A DNA stretch of 64,000 nucleotides, taken from Dehalococcoidia bacterium. Its GTDB lineage: Bacteria; Chloroflexota; Dehalococcoidia; Lucifugimonadales; VXLM01. Below the pieces are notes generated by a model that saw only the letters and a program-made list of their open reading frames with translations, did no database searches and was not told the DNA's origin. Location of the stretch: NCBI GenBank assembly GCA_963662435.1, contig OY759598.1, positions 2,264,507 to 2,328,506 on the forward strand. The letters are read 5' to 3'. Made by a program: the position numbers and the translations under genes. This document shows positions 61,999-64,000 of the stretch, in pieces. How positions within the stretch are numbered: position 1 is the stretch's first letter; every line of letters begins with the position of its first letter.

Positions 61999-62075
61999 TG
62001 GCGACCCCGACCGGATTCGAACCGGCGATCTCTGCCTTGACAGGGCAGTATGTTAAACCGCTACACCACGGGGCC
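61999..62075 (-). tRNA. tRNA-Asp (GTC)
   Basis: GGCCCCG...CGGGGTC acceptor stem, anticodon loop CT-GTC-AA, GGTTCGAATCC T-arm, encoded G-CCA end. Confidence 0.97.
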
Positions 62076-62109
62076 GCGAAATCGTGGAGAGGCTCGAAGC
62101 CTGTACTAA

Positions 62110-62139
62110 ATTGTAGTAGCCTTCCGTACCTTCGGTCAA
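62110..62139 (-). promoter_or_regulatory. Sigma70-type promoter for tRNA-Asp
   Basis: Minus strand TTGACC, 18-nt spacer, TACAAT, about 35 nt upstream of the tRNA. Confidence 0.6.
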
Positions 62140-62306
62140 GCATCACCTGGGAATTATGAATGGCGATCCCTATGATGCTGGTGAAAGTACGGACTCTTTC
62201 GCTGAGTCGCTAGAGCCTAATTAGTTCAGGCCGCGTATGTTGGTGATAGAATCGCTTCAGGCCAGAAGGGGTCGATCGTCAACTATCCACGATAAGGCGG
62301 TAGACG

Positions 62307-62927
62307 GTGATACGAGGAGCATTTGCTAGGTTTCTGGGGGGCGAAAAACAAGGCGCGTCCTCCAATGTTCCGACCATAATCGTTGGTCTGGGGAATCCAG
62401 GCTCAAAATACGAGGGTACCCGTCATAACGTGGGATTCTGGTTCATCGACAAGCTGGCGCGGAGTCACTCCGGTAGTACCTCCAAATCTCATCGACTCGT
62501 TAACACCACTGAGCTGGCTATCGATGGTCAGCGTGTCGTTCTGGCAATGCCGAGAACCTACGTGAACGAAAGCGGGCGAGCCGTCACCTCTCTCTCTACC
62601 CGGTATCGCGCGTCCGCGGCTAACCTGATCGTAGTGTACGACGAAATGGCCCTTCCCTCAGGCAAGATCCGCCTAAGGGCTCGTGGCGGCGACGGCGGAC
62701 ACAACGGTATGAAGTCCATAATCGGCGCAGTGGGCACCAAGGAATTCGTTCGTGTGCGGATAGGTATCGGGAGACCAGAGGGTATGGTTGGCGACATCGA
62801 TCACGTACTCAGCAGACCTAACAATGAGGAACGCCGCGCCATCGATTCGGGGATCGACCGCGCGATCGAAGCCGTACTCATGACTCTCACAGAAGGCGTT
62901 GAACGCGCCATGAACGTATATAACTAG
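62307..62927 (+). CDS. pth: Peptidyl-tRNA hydrolase
   Basis: IVGLGNPG.KYEGTRHNVGF, TYVNESG, VVYDEM, GGHNGMKSI, RVRIGIGRP. Confidence 0.97.
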   Translation: MIRGAFARFLGGEKQGASSNVPTIIVGLGNPGSKYEGTRHNVGFWFIDKLARSHSGSTSKSHRLVNTTELAIDGQRVVLAMPRTYVNESGRAVTSLSTRYRASAANLIVVYDEMALPSGKIRLRARGGDGGHNGMKSIIGAVGTKEFVRVRIGIGRPEGMVGDIDHVLSRPNNEERRAIDSGIDRAIEAVLMTLTEGVERAMNVYN

Positions 62928-62938
62928 CCGCGGCAAGG

Positions 62939-64000
62939 TTATCGCTCAGGCGATATCTCTTCCAGCGCCCGCCGGTTAGTTTCCGGCAATGTGAAGGCGA
63001 GCATAAGCGGAGCAAAGAGGCCGACGGCGGCAAGCGCACTTACGGCCGTCCACTGATCACCTATGTAGTCGAATATTCTGCCGTGCGCCCAGAGTCCCAG
63101 CACTCCACCAGCGGCAGCTACCATAGCAACGAATCCCGAAACCGTGGAACGGTACGACGTGGGAAACAGTTCTTTTCCCATTGCTACCAGGGAAATGTCC
63201 GCTCCCATGCCGACAATTGAAAATGTCACGAGCAGGACCGGCAGGAATGTTCCCGATGACTGGTAGAAGACGACCATCGCGCAGGGACTCAACGCCAAGA
63301 ATAAGACCGCCATCCGCTTGCGTCCATAACGGTCGCTGAAGACTCCTAGGTACAGAGCGCCTGCGACTCCAACAACGCCGGTGAAGATCAGGACGAGAGA
63401 GAGTTGGGCCGGCGACCACCCGTGCTCGGTCTGCAGAAATGTCGGTCCAAAGAGCCCCGCAGCGACATTCGAGAATGCAACCGTCAAGACTACGGCCGAA
63501 ATTGCCGTGAAACGCCAGGGATAGGCCGTTAACACACTCACTATCGGGCTAAGGTGGGCTGACAAGCTTGGTCTATCCTCTTGCGATTCCAAGCCCAAGA
63601 AACGCTGCGTTTCAGGAAGTCGCCTAAACAGGAGAGGAAACGCGGCTAGTGCGATGAGTCCCGTGAAGTAGAGGGTCCTCCAGCCGAAAGGCAGCAAGTC
63701 GATCATGGCAAACATGACCATCGCTAGCGCGGTGCCCGCCCCAGACAGGATTGCTAAGGCACCGAAACCCCATCCGCGGTGCTCCGAGGGAAATTCTTCC
63801 GCTATGTACACTGCGGCCAGAATACCTGTAGCGGTGTGGAGCATGCGGGCGATAAATTGGAGGAACACGAACGCCTCGACGGAAGGCGATGCCCCCGTGG
63901 CCGCGGTAGCTATCGCGTCAGCGACCATGACTAGTATGAGCGCGGGCCGTCGTCCGATACGATCGGCCACCAGAACGAACGGCACTGCTACGAGCGACCC
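62939..64000 (-). CDS. MFS transporter, 5' end outside the window
   Basis: Motif A ADRIGRR and SDRYGRK, EEFP..RG and ELFPT..R, LPET motifs, multiple TM helices. Confidence 0.9.
   Translation of the reverse strand, partial: GSLVAVPFVLVADRIGRRPALILVMVADAIATAATGASPSVEAFVFLQFIARMLHTATGILAAVYIAEEFPSEHRGWGFGALAILSGAGTALAMVMFAMIDLLPFGWRTLYFTGLIALAAFPLLFRRLPETQRFLGLESQEDRPSLSAHLSPIVSVLTAYPWRFTAISAVVLTVAFSNVAAGLFGPTFLQTEHGWSPAQLSLVLIFTGVVGVAGALYLGVFSDRYGRKRMAVLFLALSPCAMVVFYQSSGTFLPVLLVTFSIVGMGADISLVAMGKELFPTSYRSTVSGFVAMVAAAGGVLGLWAHGRIFDYIGDQWTAVSALAAVGLFAPLMLAFTLPETNRRALEEISPER

Noticed and set aside
51100..62075. PKS as a genomic island integrated at tRNA-Asp
   Set aside because: The PKS lies 3' of the tRNA, but I found no duplicated tRNA 3' end and no integrase in the window.
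1..64000. CRISPR array or rRNA genes
   Set aside because: No regularly spaced direct repeats and no rRNA-like sequence seen; the repeats found are intragenic or REP-like.

Overview
GC-rich bacterial window. Gene content (cadherin-repeat surface protein, SupA-type PKS, many Gfo/Idh/MocA paralogues, several peptide-type ABC systems, Pro/Thr-rich lipoproteins) suggests a Chloroflexota/Dehalococcoidia (SAR202-like), probably sponge-associated genome; this is inference only. Left to right: a partial cadherin-domain gene missed by the ORF track; decayed MarR and DegV remnants; a complete oppABCDF-type operon; an amidohydrolase; seven Gfo/Idh/MocA oxidoreductases spread over the window; a DipZ-like lipoprotein lacking its CxxC; an orphan oppD/oppF pair; a lipoprotein gene followed by two giant FtsX/MacB-type permeases; a second peptide-type ABC cluster whose binding protein has an 83-aa tandem repeat; a YCF48-like double propeller; a GH1-led operon; an IS1182 element inserted in a REP-like palindrome; sialidase-like and GH32-like propellers; an RRM protein; a 10.4-kb KS-AT-DH-MT-ER-KR-ACP-KS-AT PKS; tRNA-Asp; pth; and a partial MFS gene. 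The top candidate for a new system is the lipoprotein at 23160. Its apparent TGA stop (23874-23876) falls in the middle of a cupredoxin-like fold, in a C-W-U-H motif. It is followed 11 nt later by a 17-nt SECIS-like hairpin with a GU-containing loop, and the frame stays open to a TAG 9 nt before the first giant permease. This is a candidate cupredoxin-fold selenoprotein whose classical type-1 copper ligands appear to be replaced.
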